A stretch of 64,000 nucleotides of DNA from Myxococcota bacterium (GCA_040752415.1 JBFMGU010000014.1:1-64000); one strand, 5' to 3'. Positions 18,012 through 27,575 are shown, numbered from the stretch's first letter. The notes: generated from the sequence alone by a model not told the origin. A program made the numbers and translations.

Positions 18012-18586
18012 GCGCCATCTGGCGCCTGCGCATGCGAGGATCCACCGGGGATTTTGTCAAGCGCTGAAGCCACTGGCCGCGGCAGACCGCACCGCGTTGC
18101 CCACGCACCTGCGCATACCTTCAGGCGAGCTCATAGGTCTGGGACCTCTAAAGGAGGCAGGACGGCGACAAGGAGCCCGCGCGGGCCGCCAAGGAGACAG
18201 GTACGCGCGGCCACCGCCACCACCACGCAGCCGGCCCGGACGGGCGCACGGCAAGAACGACTCGGGTTCTTAAGGCGACGAGTGCCGCGGTCAACGGGTG
18301 CCCAGAGCGGCCCCAAACGTGAAACTGATTCGGATGCCCGCCGGCCGGCGTCTTCGAATCGAGTCATGAGACGCGCAAACGGCCCTACTCCCTTCATCGT
18401 CGCTAGACATGCTGCATCAACCACTTCGCGGCTACGCTGCGAGCTGTGGGCTGGGGGCTTGCGACGCAAGCGACGCGTGCGTCGCACCTCCCCCGGGTTC
18501 GAGCAGACAATTGCTTCCGCGACTCCATCCCTTGCCGTAGAATCCGGAGGCGTACGGAACGTGCAGGCCGCCTTCACGTGTGCGTC

Positions 18587-19693
18587 TCAACGGCCGAGGA
18601 CCTGCCAATCAACCAAGACATCCTGCTGCGGGGGTTTCCCCGCAAGGAACCGATCCGTCAGGTGCTCCTGGTACGTCTCCCATTCCGCCTGGGGCAGCTC
18701 GTCGCCTTCAAGAACTCGGAAGGCGACTGGCTCGGCCACGAATCCGCGTGCCGGGAAGCCAAGAGCGCCGCACGTCACGCCTGTGTCATTTGAGCCCGTC
18801 CCCTTGAGCAGCACTTGGACGAAGAGACGCTCTCCCCTAATGGCGGCGTCGAGCTTCTTGGCCATCGTGCGTGCAACGTCGCCTTGGCTCGCGACCGGGA
18901 AAGTGAAAACCAGATCGCCGCCCGATGACCGCAGCCCTTGCCCAGGCTGTGTCAGCAAGCGGATGACCTGCGGCGTGGCGTCGGGCCCGACGACTCTGCT
19001 GCATTCAAGGTTCACGGCCAGCACCATGCCCGCGTCGGTATCGCCGCCGGCAAGGCCCGCTTGGCTTGACGAGCTTGCCGCGACGAGGGCGAACGATTGG
19101 TTCTGAAAGTCGTATTCCTCACGCTTCTTTATGGCGACGAGGGCGACAGAGAACCGCCCGACAATCTCGTCCTTCAGGGCACCCCATTTCCGTTCCCATG
19201 CCTCGGTGCAGCCACGCCGCAGGGTGGCTGCCCGCGCCTCAAGCTCTTTCCGCTCAAACTCGTCCTTGGGAGAGGGAAGGGCGTCGGCAGCGGGACAGTC
19301 CCGACTGGGGTCCTTGAACAGGTGCCGTAGTGTCATCCGCTCCACCCTGGGCAGTTCCCGGCTCGCTGCCGCCTTCAGGTGAGCGGCGTTCTCCGAGCGG
19401 CTCGACGGCACCGTGGCCGGTGCCGCAGATGGCAACGGCAAGTCGGGGGCGGACGCATCGACGTCACGCGCCTCCGCCCGATCCTCCGACGCTGCTCTAC
19501 AGGATGGGGCGGCAGCCGTGGCCACGATCCACGCCAGTGCGGCGACCCATCGCCACGCGCCACCCGCACAACCCGCCGAGCGCAAGGCAGGTTCGGTGCG
19601 GCAGCTCCCGTTGCCTGCTGCTGGGCGTGACGACGCTAGAAGGCGCGGATTGGCTTGGCCGTGCATGGTGGCTTGACCGTTACCATGAGTCAC
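18587..19693 (-). CDS. Hypothetical exported protein / possible lipoprotein
   Basis: Hydrophobic stretch WVAALAWIVATAAAPSC, Pro/Ala linker, then a globular region; true start uncertain. Confidence 0.5.
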   Translation of the reverse strand: MTHGNGQATMHGQANPRLLASSRPAAGNGSCRTEPALRSAGCAGGAWRWVAALAWIVATAAAPSCRAASEDRAEARDVDASAPDLPLPSAAPATVPSSRSENAAHLKAAASRELPRVERMTLRHLFKDPSRDCPAADALPSPKDEFERKELEARAATLRRGCTEAWERKWGALKDEIVGRFSVALVAIKKREEYDFQNQSFALVAASSSSQAGLAGGDTDAGMVLAVNLECSRVVGPDATPQVIRLLTQPGQGLRSSGGDLVFTFPVASQGDVARTMAKKLDAAIRGERLFVQVLLKGTGSNDTGVTCGALGFPARGFVAEPVAFRVLEGDELPQAEWETYQEHLTDRFLAGKPPQQDVLVDWQVLGR

Positions 19694-19752
19694 TTAAAAA
19701 CGGTACCTGCACGTCTACTTTGACTGACCACGGTCACGGCAAACCGGGGCCC

Positions 19753-20118
19753 ATGGTCACGGCACGCAAACTCTACGAAGACATCGGCCAGCGCGTGAAG
19801 ACACTCCGGCTGGAGCAGGGAATCACCCAGGCCGAGCTGGCTGGCCGTCTTCGGCTTGATGAAACGAGCATCCGCTCCATCGAGGCCGGTCGCCGAGGTA
19901 TGAGCCTGGAGACCTTGACCAGAGTGAGTCGAGCACTGCGTGCCCGCCCCGGTGCGCTGCTGGGCGATGGCACTGCTGCCAGCGCCGCCGCAACGGAAGC
20001 GGCTCACCTCTTGGAGGAGCTACCGCGAGAGTGGCAGCGGGCCGCCGTGCGGATCATCCGCGAGATTCATGGTGCCGCGACCGGCAAGCAGTCCGTCCGT
20101 CGACGCAGAGCCAAGTGA
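19753..20118 (+). CDS. XRE/Cro-C1 family HTH transcriptional regulator
   Basis: IGQRVKTLRLEQGITQAELAGRLRLDETSIRSIEAGRRGMSLETL. Confidence 0.88.
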   Translation: MVTARKLYEDIGQRVKTLRLEQGITQAELAGRLRLDETSIRSIEAGRRGMSLETLTRVSRALRARPGALLGDGTAASAAATEAAHLLEELPREWQRAAVRIIREIHGAATGKQSVRRRRAK

Positions 20119-20215
20119 GCCCTGCCGAAGATTGTGCAGGGGAAGCGACGGGACTGGCGGAGGGCAGTGAGCGCTAAGAACGAACCGGGGGGGATCCCAG
20201 TCCGTCCGAACGTCG

Positions 20216-20401
20216 TCACTCGTTCTCGCTCCGTGACAACGCCTCCATGTGGTCCACCATCAGCTCCACCATTGCGCGGATGGCCGTGACAACGCGACCC
20301 TGTCCACCTGGCTCCATCTCCAGCATCTCCAACAGGGTCAGGACGCCGCGCAGGCAGAGCAGCATCCAGTCCCATTCCAGCAGCCACTCCGACTTCTTCA
20401 T
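20216..20401 (-). CDS. Small hypothetical protein (61 aa)
   Basis: ATGA overlap with the upstream nuclease gene; helical MKKSEWLLEW... ORF. Confidence 0.5.
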   Translation of the reverse strand: MKKSEWLLEWDWMLLCLRGVLTLLEMLEMEPGGQGRVVTAIRAMVELMVDHMEALSRSENE

Positions 20402-21198
20402 TGCGCACCCCCGCACTGGAGCTGGTAGGGGCACCCGGAGCATTGCCATCCGGGAGTCGGGTGAAACGCCCCGGCATCCACTGCCCGCAACACTCCCGTG
20501 ACGGTGTGGAGAAGCCGGCGCTCGTCATCCTGGGTGCGTTGGATCTCCGCGACCTGCACCGTCGGTGTAGAGCCCTTGGTGAACACCTGCATCCGCAGGC
20601 CGACGCTGGTCCCCAGCCCCAACTCTCGCGCTGCAAGGTGATACGCCGTCGGTTGCGGGTCCTGAGATAGCTCCCGCGTCCCGTATCTCCTCGCTGCCGT
20701 CTTGTGCTCCACAATGACGGGCCGCCCGCCCTCCTGGACGACGAGGTCGAACGCACCGACCAAGGACTCCTCCAGTGGATGGCCGGCGATGGGGTCGGTC
20801 AGCCGGACGCTGAATGCCTTCTCCACCGCCAGGACCGTTGGCAGGGGTCGGAGTTTCATCAGCCCCAGCCACACTCGGAGCATGTGGCTCGCCTTGGCCA
20901 CCGGGTCTCCCAGCCGGGCCTCCCCCTCCACCACGGTCCTGGCCCGCTGGAACTCCCAGCTTGCGTGGAAGGCCTGGACCACCAGCTCCAGGGGGGGCAG
21001 GGCCCCCTGGTCCCGGATCGCCCCGTACAGCGCCGCCAGGGCCGCGTGGAAGGCCTTCCCAAACAGGATGGCCGCGCTGGTCCCCTCCGGTTGTGCCCCC
21101 GCCACGTAGCGCAGGAAGAACTGACGGGGACACCGGAGGTAGGTCTTGATCTGGGAGACGCTGACATGCAGCCCCTCCCGGAGGGTGTCCATGTCCAT
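20398..21198 (-). CDS. PD-(D/E)XK RecB/Cas4-like exonuclease with a probable Fe-S cluster
   Basis: SVSQIKTYLRCPRQF, GKAFH, VEKAF, GAFDLV, IVEHKT, QPTAY, C-terminal CSGCPYQLQC. Confidence 0.88.
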   Translation of the reverse strand: MDMDTLREGLHVSVSQIKTYLRCPRQFFLRYVAGAQPEGTSAAILFGKAFHAALAALYGAIRDQGALPPLELVVQAFHASWEFQRARTVVEGEARLGDPVAKASHMLRVWLGLMKLRPLPTVLAVEKAFSVRLTDPIAGHPLEESLVGAFDLVVQEGGRPVIVEHKTAARRYGTRELSQDPQPTAYHLAARELGLGTSVGLRMQVFTKGSTPTVQVAEIQRTQDDERRLLHTVTGVLRAVDAGAFHPTPGWQCSGCPYQLQCGGAQ

Positions 21199-21201
21199 GG
21201 C

Positions 21202-21975
21202 TCACCCCTCCATTCCTGGCACGCGGCCGGCGGGTTCCTCGCCATGTCCGTTCCCCATGGACGCGATCAGCGCCGAGGCCTGGGGCCGGGTGAGGAACTC
21301 CGGCTGCACTCCGTGCTGCTCCTTCACCGACCGCCGGAACTCTGCGGGGGCCATCCCCAGCTTCTTGCTGATGGCCCACAACGCGGCGAGCTGCTTTGCG
21401 GTCAGCCGTGCCCGTTCGACGGGCGCGGATGGGGGCACGCCGTTGGTCTGAGGCGCTGAAGACGGACGGCTGGTCTGGGTGGACGCCTGCTGCGGGGCGG
21501 CGCGTGACACAGGCGCCATCTGGTCAACGCCAGGAACCGCGTCGTCATCCAGCGTGCCCTCGTATGCCTGCCGGCCGCATCCAAACATGGCAGCGCCCTT
21601 CTTGAGCGCGTTGGTGTATGCGCCCTTGCGGGCGTCGGCTTCGGACACGGAGATGTGGCCACCGTCCGCCAACGCCTCTGCGAACACTTGGAACTCCCCG
21701 TTCACCCACGTGCCCAATTGCAGCACCAGGTCGCAGATGGCCTCGTACGCCTTGCGACCGCTACTCGTGGCGAGCTGGGTGACGGTGACCTGGCGGTGAG
21801 CACGCCAGCCACCGAGGCCGAGCACGTCGTTCAGCCGGTTCACGACGAATTGGTACTTGATTCCCGTCGTGCTGTAGCCCTTACCGGTGACCGCTCCGTC
21901 GGTGCGCTCCACCGCCTCGTCGGGAAATGGCGCGGCCAGTGCCGCGTACAGCTTCTTCTTGTCGTTGTCGTTCAT
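21202..21975 (-). CDS. Rad52/Rad22 (Sak-like) single-strand annealing protein
   Basis: LAAPFP, FVVNRLNDVLGLGGW, KGAYTNALKKGAAMFGCGRQAY; C-terminal TAKQLAAL...ASALI segment. Confidence 0.85.
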   Translation of the reverse strand: MNDNDKKKLYAALAAPFPDEAVERTDGAVTGKGYSTTGIKYQFVVNRLNDVLGLGGWRAHRQVTVTQLATSSGRKAYEAICDLVLQLGTWVNGEFQVFAEALADGGHISVSEADARKGAYTNALKKGAAMFGCGRQAYEGTLDDDAVPGVDQMAPVSRAAPQQASTQTSRPSSAPQTNGVPPSAPVERARLTAKQLAALWAISKKLGMAPAEFRRSVKEQHGVQPEFLTRPQASALIASMGNGHGEEPAGRVPGMEG

Positions 21976-22076
21976 GTTGACTCCAAGCGGTGACGTTCAC
22001 CGCACGCAAAGCCCTGTCGACGCCCGGTGTCTCCGGACGACGTGCAAGGCAGGTTGTTTGGGAAAACGAGAGGCGA

Positions 22077-22104
22077 GACGCCCGGACCGACATCGCCGGG
22101 CGTC
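22077..22104. terminator. GC-rich stem-loop upstream of the Rad52-like gene
   Basis: GACGCCCGG-N10-CCGGGCGTC. Confidence 0.35.
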
Positions 22105-22117
22105 CCGTCTCCCTGAC

Positions 22118-22234
22118 TCAGCGTCGGCGCTTCACAAGCTCACCGACCAGCGCGTCGATCAGGCCCAGGATGGCCTTCACGACGAGCTTTCGGACCGCGT
22201 AGTTTGAAAGCACCTTCACCAGGCTGTTGTGCAT
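22118..22234 (-). CDS. Small basic amphipathic peptide (38 aa), not in the ORF track
   Basis: MHNSLVKVLSNYAVRKLVVKAILGLIDALVGELVKRRR with GGAG upstream; lies within the operon. Confidence 0.5.
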   Translation of the reverse strand: MHNSLVKVLSNYAVRKLVVKAILGLIDALVGELVKRRR

Positions 22235-22300
22235 GGCCCCACGTCTCCGTCCCGGAGGCCTCCGGAGTTGGTTGTCGGAGCCGCAGGCGCCGAGTCCAAC

Positions 22301-23560
22301 TCACCCGTCCACCAACGCTCTCGCGGTGGCGTCCGGAAGGTTCTTCATGTCCACGACAGCATGGACCAAATTACACCACGGCGACAGCGCCCGTTCGTGC
22401 ACGCCAATGCCAATACCCAGGATGCTGACGTCAGCCGCTCTTGCACGATCCTTGACCATGCTGGCCGCGGAACTATCGCTCTCGCCGTCGGTGACGAGCA
22501 CGATGTCACTGTGGCGAAGAACACCGGCTTGTTGTTCCAGCACCATGTCGAGCGAATGAGTGAGCGCATTGTGGATGTCCGTCCCGCCGTGACACCGGAC
22601 AAACAATGCATCCCACGGCATCACCTCGCCCGGCCTCACGACGACGGAGAACGGGATGCGGTCGTTGAATGCCACCAAGCCGAAGACCCGCTTCTCCGTC
22701 TGCGCGACCTCCAGCAAAGCCAGCGACACCGCCGTAGCCCAGATGTCCGGCTCGCCGTCCATGGATTCGCTCTTGTCGACGCAGACGATCAGCGGACCCT
22801 TTCCCACTGTGTCTGACCCACGGAGCTGGTACTGCATGGCGGTTCCCTCCACGAGGCTGCGAATCAGCACGTTGCGGAGAAGTGGATGCCCGAGCCGCAC
22901 AAACTCCGCCGGAAGAAGCCTCGCGACATCTGCACCAAGCTCAATGTCTGCGACTTCATCGACGCCGTGGCGGGTTCTCCGACGCAGCCGTCCGCTGGTG
23001 ATGCGCTTGAACCTGCCAGCCAGCTTGGCGATCTGCCGAAGGCGGGAGTCCGACTTCAGGTGCCCAGCAAGCTGGCGAGCGGCTGCGGCTTCCGTCGTGC
23101 CGGGATTGGCGGCCGAAGATGGGCCACCCACTCCGGCGAGACCGTCCACCGCCTCCCGGTGCTGCTCGATGGCTTGCGATGCGGATGCCGTTCCCTGGGA
23201 GATCGCCCGCCGCAGCGTCGGAGCCGGCGGAACGGGTGACTCAAGCTCCGGCGGTGCGGCCTGCTCCAGCAACTTCTCCACCGCGAGCCCAGCAGCGTAC
23301 GCGTCGCCCCGGACATCCTCCGCCAGCCGCTGGAAGTCCGGGTGTGCGGCGCAGGTGGCGTGAAACGACCGAGCCCACTCGGCCAGTCCAGACGTCAGGA
23401 CAGGGTCAATGGGCTCTGCGTCGCCTGCATACAGCACGTCGAACAGCTCATCCTGGAATGACAACTGCGGCGAATCCTCCTTGGCCGCGCTGGGCAGTCC
23501 ACGAGCGTCGCGGTGCAGGAAGATGTGCCAGAGCGGCACATCGAAGAGGATGCGCCTCAT
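22301..23560 (-). CDS. VWA-domain protein (ViaA/CoxE-like), partner of the MoxR AAA
   Basis: MIDAS VCVDKSESM, GGTDI, DIVLVTDGES; ELGADVARLLPAE; ATGA overlap with the AAA gene. Confidence 0.88.
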   Translation of the reverse strand: MRRILFDVPLWHIFLHRDARGLPSAAKEDSPQLSFQDELFDVLYAGDAEPIDPVLTSGLAEWARSFHATCAAHPDFQRLAEDVRGDAYAAGLAVEKLLEQAAPPELESPVPPAPTLRRAISQGTASASQAIEQHREAVDGLAGVGGPSSAANPGTTEAAAARQLAGHLKSDSRLRQIAKLAGRFKRITSGRLRRRTRHGVDEVADIELGADVARLLPAEFVRLGHPLLRNVLIRSLVEGTAMQYQLRGSDTVGKGPLIVCVDKSESMDGEPDIWATAVSLALLEVAQTEKRVFGLVAFNDRIPFSVVVRPGEVMPWDALFVRCHGGTDIHNALTHSLDMVLEQQAGVLRHSDIVLVTDGESDSSAASMVKDRARAADVSILGIGIGVHERALSPWCNLVHAVVDMKNLPDATARALVDG

Positions 23561-24699
23561 TTGGCCACCCGCATCCCGAGACCCAATCCCTGGCTCACCG
23601 CTCTGGCGAGTTCGGCGTGCAGGCCGTTGATCTCCCCGATGGCGTCCCCGACGACGTGCTTGGCCCGCCGGCCGGCAGACTTCGCCAGCCCGGTGAGCTT
23701 GGCCTGCTGCTGGTTGAAGATGTCCATGGCCGCCGCCGCCTCGGCCACGTACTTCTTCCTATCCGTCGCCTTGAGCGCAGAGACCTTGGTTGCGGTCTCC
23801 CTTGCAGCGTCGAGGATCTCGTTGGCCTGGGCGCCAACCGGGTCCGCGATGCGGCCGACAACCTTCGCGAGCTTGGGGCGCTCCTTGGGATCGCGCCAGA
23901 GGCTGTCGACGAGGATGGACAGATCCTCCGGCATCGTCTCGTCGGCGCCGCTGAGGTACGCGGTCGCCTGGACGAGCTTGGTCAGTTTCTTCCAGCGACG
24001 ATCACTGGCCGTGACCCCTTCCGTCCGACACGCGTCCCGGATGGTGATCATGGCGTCGATGGTCTCGTCCGTGAGTTTGACGGCGGCAGCCTCCTTCTGT
24101 GCGCCCGTAAGCTGGGCACGATTCAACTTCGTGGCCACCGACGGCTCGGAGGCGGTGATGACGGCGCGGAAGCTGGTCGGGCGGAGCAGGTAATCGACAT
24201 CGAACCGGAGCAGGAACCGGTCGAACACGGCTTCCAACTCCTTGCCCTCGGGCAGCTCGTTGGAAGCGCCGAACATCGACACCAGCGGGCAGGTCACAGC
24301 GGTGCCGTCGTTGTGAAAGAGTCTCTCGTTGACGAGCGACAGCAGGCTGTTGAGAATTGCGGAGTTGCCCTTGAACACCTCATCGATGAACGCAAGCTCC
24401 GCTTCTGGCAGCTTTCCTGTCGTGATGCGGCTGTAGCGGTCCTGCTCCATGCCCTTGAGCGAGATCGGCCCGAACAACTCCTCCGGCGTCGAGAACTTCG
24501 TGAGCAGGCGCTCGAAGTAGCGGCAGCCAAAGGCGGTGGCGATGGCTCGCACAAGCGCGCTCTTGCCGGTGCCCGGAGGACCGAGCAGTAGCACGTGCTC
24601 GTTGATGATGACAGCAGCCAGTGCGCCGTGGACGACGCTCCGCCGCTCGGGGAATTGAGTGTTCAGCTCAGCTTCCAGCTTGTTGAGTTCCTTCAGCAT
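23557..24699 (-). CDS. MoxR/RavA-family AAA+ ATPase
   Basis: HVLLLGPPGTGKS, LLTKFSTPEELFGP, FIDEVFKGNSAILNSLL, GASNELPE, DRFLLR, SDRRW. Confidence 0.92.
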   Translation of the reverse strand: MLKELNKLEAELNTQFPERRSVVHGALAAVIINEHVLLLGPPGTGKSALVRAIATAFGCRYFERLLTKFSTPEELFGPISLKGMEQDRYSRITTGKLPEAELAFIDEVFKGNSAILNSLLSLVNERLFHNDGTAVTCPLVSMFGASNELPEGKELEAVFDRFLLRFDVDYLLRPTSFRAVITASEPSVATKLNRAQLTGAQKEAAAVKLTDETIDAMITIRDACRTEGVTASDRRWKKLTKLVQATAYLSGADETMPEDLSILVDSLWRDPKERPKLAKVVGRIADPVGAQANEILDAARETATKVSALKATDRKKYVAEAAAAMDIFNQQQAKLTGLAKSAGRRAKHVVGDAIGEINGLHAELARAVSQGLGLGMRVAK

Positions 24700-24718
24700 G
24701 GTGTCTCCAAGAATGCGA

Positions 24719-24752
24719 AAGGGCGGCCACCGGATCGCGGATGACCGCCCTT
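24719..24752 (-). terminator. Intergenic stem-loop
   Basis: AAGGGCGG...CCGCCCTT inverted repeat followed by TTT on the minus strand. Confidence 0.4.
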
Positions 24753-24780
24753 GCGCGGGTTGATGTTGGTTATGTTGTCG

Positions 24781-25656
24781 TCAGGCTGCGGACTTCTGGC
24801 TCAGCAACGTCTCGACGGCGCGAGCCATGGACACCAAGCGCGTGTCCAGTGCTTCCACCTGCACCTTGAGCACTTGGTGATACAGTTCGGCTCTTTGGCG
24901 TAGCGCCTCGAACGCATCGAACCGCCTCACCAGCGTGGATGGCCGGTCAGGTGGTGATTGAAGGAAGCCGTCGATCTCCGCTTGCAGGCCGGCGAGGTCC
25001 TCCTCGATGGACAGCTTGGCGGCTTCGCCGAGGGTGCGGTTGGCGTCGGCGCTGTCATGCACGGGCAGCAGGTACATCCTGCTGGACCCAATGCGTTCGA
25101 CCGCGCCCTGCAACCGCCGAAGGCCATCGGCATGGGTCTTGGGAACCCAGTAGATGCCTCCGCCGTCTCGGAGCGTGATGGCTGCCATCCCGTGCAACGT
25201 CCTCACCACGGTGCGTCGGACGTCGTCAGCGGTATGAGTCGTCCGGAGACGGGCGAAGGCCGTGAGGACTCCATGCGCGGCCGGATGGGAGGCCGAGTCC
25301 GCCGTCAACCGCTCTGTGGCGCGGTCCAAGACGATGCGCGCCTCTTGCGTGAAGGTCACGGAGCCGTCGGGCTGCCGATGCTCGCGCACGACGGCGAAAA
25401 TGATCTGCTGCTCGTCTTCTTTGCCCAGCCGAATGAGCAGATCCGGTTTGCCGACGGCGGTTTCCCTTACCGAAACTTTGAGGGCTTTTTCCGCCGTGGG
25501 CGGTTCCGGCAGCAACTCCACCGGCAATTTTGCGTTGTTCCAGGTGCTTTCGAGGGTTGCTCGGTCGACGGCAGCGTCGGACAGCGTCCACCAGACCAAG
25601 TCTCCGAGGTGGTTGCCCGACGTCGTGAGTGCGTTTTTGATGTCTTCAAAGGCCAT
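24781..25656 (-). CDS. Hypothetical phage/ICE protein (DUF6744/DUF3150-like)
   Basis: GGAGGAG RBS; LGDLVWWTL and LRDGGGIYWVP motifs; coiled-coil C-terminus; heads the AAA/VWA operon. Confidence 0.65.
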   Translation of the reverse strand: MAFEDIKNALTTSGNHLGDLVWWTLSDAAVDRATLESTWNNAKLPVELLPEPPTAEKALKVSVRETAVGKPDLLIRLGKEDEQQIIFAVVREHRQPDGSVTFTQEARIVLDRATERLTADSASHPAAHGVLTAFARLRTTHTADDVRRTVVRTLHGMAAITLRDGGGIYWVPKTHADGLRRLQGAVERIGSSRMYLLPVHDSADANRTLGEAAKLSIEEDLAGLQAEIDGFLQSPPDRPSTLVRRFDAFEALRQRAELYHQVLKVQVEALDTRLVSMARAVETLLSQKSAA

Positions 25657-25831
25657 TTCGACTCCTCCGGTGCGCACAAGGGCGCCTGTGAGGAGCAGGG
25701 CAAGGACCCCGCTCAGATCCTTATCCCGAATGAGATGCTTTCTTTGCTGCGGCGCCCGTGGCGCCTGACGCTCTCTCTAGAGGAATGTGCCTGCGGCGTG
25801 CGGCGCGGCGCTACCTTGACCGTAAGCGGCT

Positions 25832-27268
25832 ATGTCCGTCAGTCTGCCCCAGACCTGGGGCCGTGCGCGGCCAAACCGAGGAGCGGAGATGGGTCTCAAC
25901 CGGTGCTGTGCTCATGGCCTCGTCTTTCCACGTGGGAAACGGCCGAAGAAGAAAGAAGGCATCCAGCCGGCATACGAGATTGAGGGCCCGTGGAACTACA
26001 AAGACCCGGTCCACGAGACCATCACAGAGATGGCCCTGAAGCGCGCGGAGATAATTGGCCCCAACGACACCTTTTCGTCACCGTCCGCGTGGGAATTCGT
26101 TCGCGGTGTCATCTGGAGCGACGACCCTGAAGGGCTTCTCTTCGACAAGAACGATTCGGAGACAGACAACTGGTCATCGGGTGCAGAATTTGGCGTCAAG
26201 TTCGAGTTGTACAAAGCCTCCGCAAAGGGTGGAGCCGTGTTCGCAAACGGTTCACCTCTGTTGGCGCGTTCACATTTCGGCGACCTCCAGTGCCTGCATG
26301 CAATGGCTCCCCGAGACGGCGAAGTCGCTACGCAGACGCGCACCGACGCACTCGCTTGGGCAGAGTTCTTTTATCTCGTCAGCATCGGTCGGATCGCACC
26401 GTCCGTGCCGATGAGCGCGGTCGCGAGCGTCAGCCGTTGGTTCACTGGGTCATCCACAACCATAAAGGACCTCTTTCTCGTCGGAACCCGTGGGGACGTT
26501 CGGCAGCGGGCTGTAGGCGCGCTCTTGCACCTCGTCCAAGACTCGTACGCGAAGGGTCACGTGCATCGCGATGCCCAATGGCGCATTGAAGAGTTTCACA
26601 ATTTCATCAGCCAGGACGGGAACAAACACATCGCGCACGACAAGATGGCTGAGGGCGGTATCGCCGCGATGCCTGACGCCCAGCGGGCCGTCGAGGCTTG
26701 CACCAGAATCCTCCAGCATTGGAAGCGCGCGCGACCGTGGTCCTCGCTCCGCCCATATCTTGAAACGCCTGTCCTGGTGTTGTCCCCCGCCGCGCGACCG
26801 TCGGGGCCAGGAGATGACTATCGGCCCGATCCAGCGCCGGTCGGGCTTTTTGAGGCCGGGCAAGAACCGCAGCCTTTGTCGTGCAGCTACAATGCATCTG
26901 GAACGGTATTTGACGACGACACCTGGCCCGATCCGGACGAGTCAGAGCCCTACACGTGGGGCAATCAGTTCATGCTGCTGCCCGGCGGCCCAGCAGTGCA
27001 GTTCACGCACAACAAGGAGGTGGACGGCGAGGTGCTGCTCAAGGCGGTGCTGGTGTTCAACATGGGCAGCGACGAGAAGTTGTACGCGTCGATAACCGTG
27101 GAACTGCTGGAGGGCACGGCAGGCTCCAAAACCTTGGAGGACTCGCGGTCATACGGCCCGTTGGCTGTTGCTAGGAACACCTTTGCCGACGTAGCTGATG
27201 ACAAGCTGCAGACGGGCGACGGTTGCTGGGCGAGCTTCAAGCTCGGGATCTCAAATGAGGGTGACTGA
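25832..27268 (+). CDS. Putative Zn-dependent phospholipase C / S1-P1 nuclease-like protein with C-terminal beta-rich domain
   Basis: VHETIT, GVIWSDDP, SHFGDLQCLHAM, GALLHLVQDSYAKGH, HIAHD (His/Asp metal ligands); start uncertain. Confidence 0.55.
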   Translation: MSVSLPQTWGRARPNRGAEMGLNRCCAHGLVFPRGKRPKKKEGIQPAYEIEGPWNYKDPVHETITEMALKRAEIIGPNDTFSSPSAWEFVRGVIWSDDPEGLLFDKNDSETDNWSSGAEFGVKFELYKASAKGGAVFANGSPLLARSHFGDLQCLHAMAPRDGEVATQTRTDALAWAEFFYLVSIGRIAPSVPMSAVASVSRWFTGSSTTIKDLFLVGTRGDVRQRAVGALLHLVQDSYAKGHVHRDAQWRIEEFHNFISQDGNKHIAHDKMAEGGIAAMPDAQRAVEACTRILQHWKRARPWSSLRPYLETPVLVLSPAARPSGPGDDYRPDPAPVGLFEAGQEPQPLSCSYNASGTVFDDDTWPDPDESEPYTWGNQFMLLPGGPAVQFTHNKEVDGEVLLKAVLVFNMGSDEKLYASITVELLEGTAGSKTLEDSRSYGPLAVARNTFADVADDKLQTGDGCWASFKLGISNEGD

Positions 27269-27370
27269 AGGTGTCCCCATGAGCTTCGAGGGGGCGATGT
27301 GGCCCGCGCGGCGACAACGGGAGATTGGCCGGTCTCCTGCGGCCTACCGAGTCGTCCTCGCCTCTCCCCA

Positions 27371-27389
27371 TGTGCCGTCCTTGTGCCGT
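27371..27389. repeat. TGTGCCGT direct repeat, candidate integrase arm-binding sites of the left element
   Basis: TGTGCCGT at 27371 and 27382 (11-bp period), ~140 bp from the att core. Confidence 0.5.
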
Positions 27390-27521
27390 TCCGCCGTGTC
27401 CTCCCAAGTACCGGCAGGTATGGCGGCGCCCTCCGATGACTCGGTGATTCCTCCGGCAATTCGCGCACTTATGCGGTAAGCGTGCGTCCCTGCTCGGTTA
27501 TTGGGTTCACCACCCGGTCAA

Positions 27522-27545
27522 GTTCGAGTCCCGTCCACCCCGCCA
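27522..27545 (+). other. att core: 3' fragment of a tRNA (probably tRNA-Asp), not a complete tRNA
   Basis: GTTCGAGTCCCGTCCACCCCGCCA = T-loop, 3' T-stem, acceptor strand, G discriminator and CCA; upstream sequence cannot form D or anticodon arms. Confidence 0.8.
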
Positions 27546-27575
27546 AAAAACCCCGCGCAACCCGCGGGGTTTTTT
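27545..27575 (+). terminator. Rho-independent (bidirectional) terminator after the tRNA 3' end
   Basis: AAAAAACCCCGCG-CAACC-CGCGGGGTTTTTT. Confidence 0.85.

Larger units (their letters stand above)
1..27545. mobile_element. Right part of an integrative element / defence island ending at a tRNA 3' fragment (attR); left end and own integrase outside the window
   Basis: Defence and phage/ICE-type genes, visibly less GC3-biased codon usage than DNA beyond 30 kb, termination at a tRNA 3'-end fragment, and arm-type direct repeats at 27371-27389. Confidence 0.75.

Noticed and set aside
18054..18577. ORFs 18054-19106 (+) and 18131-18577 (-)
   Set aside because: Low-complexity translations without motifs or RBS; probably non-coding or decayed DNA upstream of the uvrD-drm operon
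19660..19740. Short palindromes (CATGGT/ACCATG, TGACCACGGTCA) upstream of the XRE gene
   Set aside because: Could be operators but are too short to distinguish from chance
20398..21198. cas4 of a CRISPR-Cas system
   Set aside because: No CRISPR array or other cas genes seen; context beside a Rad52-like gene indicates a recombination exonuclease
27481..27545. Complete tRNA gene
   Set aside because: Only the last 24 nt are tRNA-like; no D arm, anticodon arm or 5' acceptor strand
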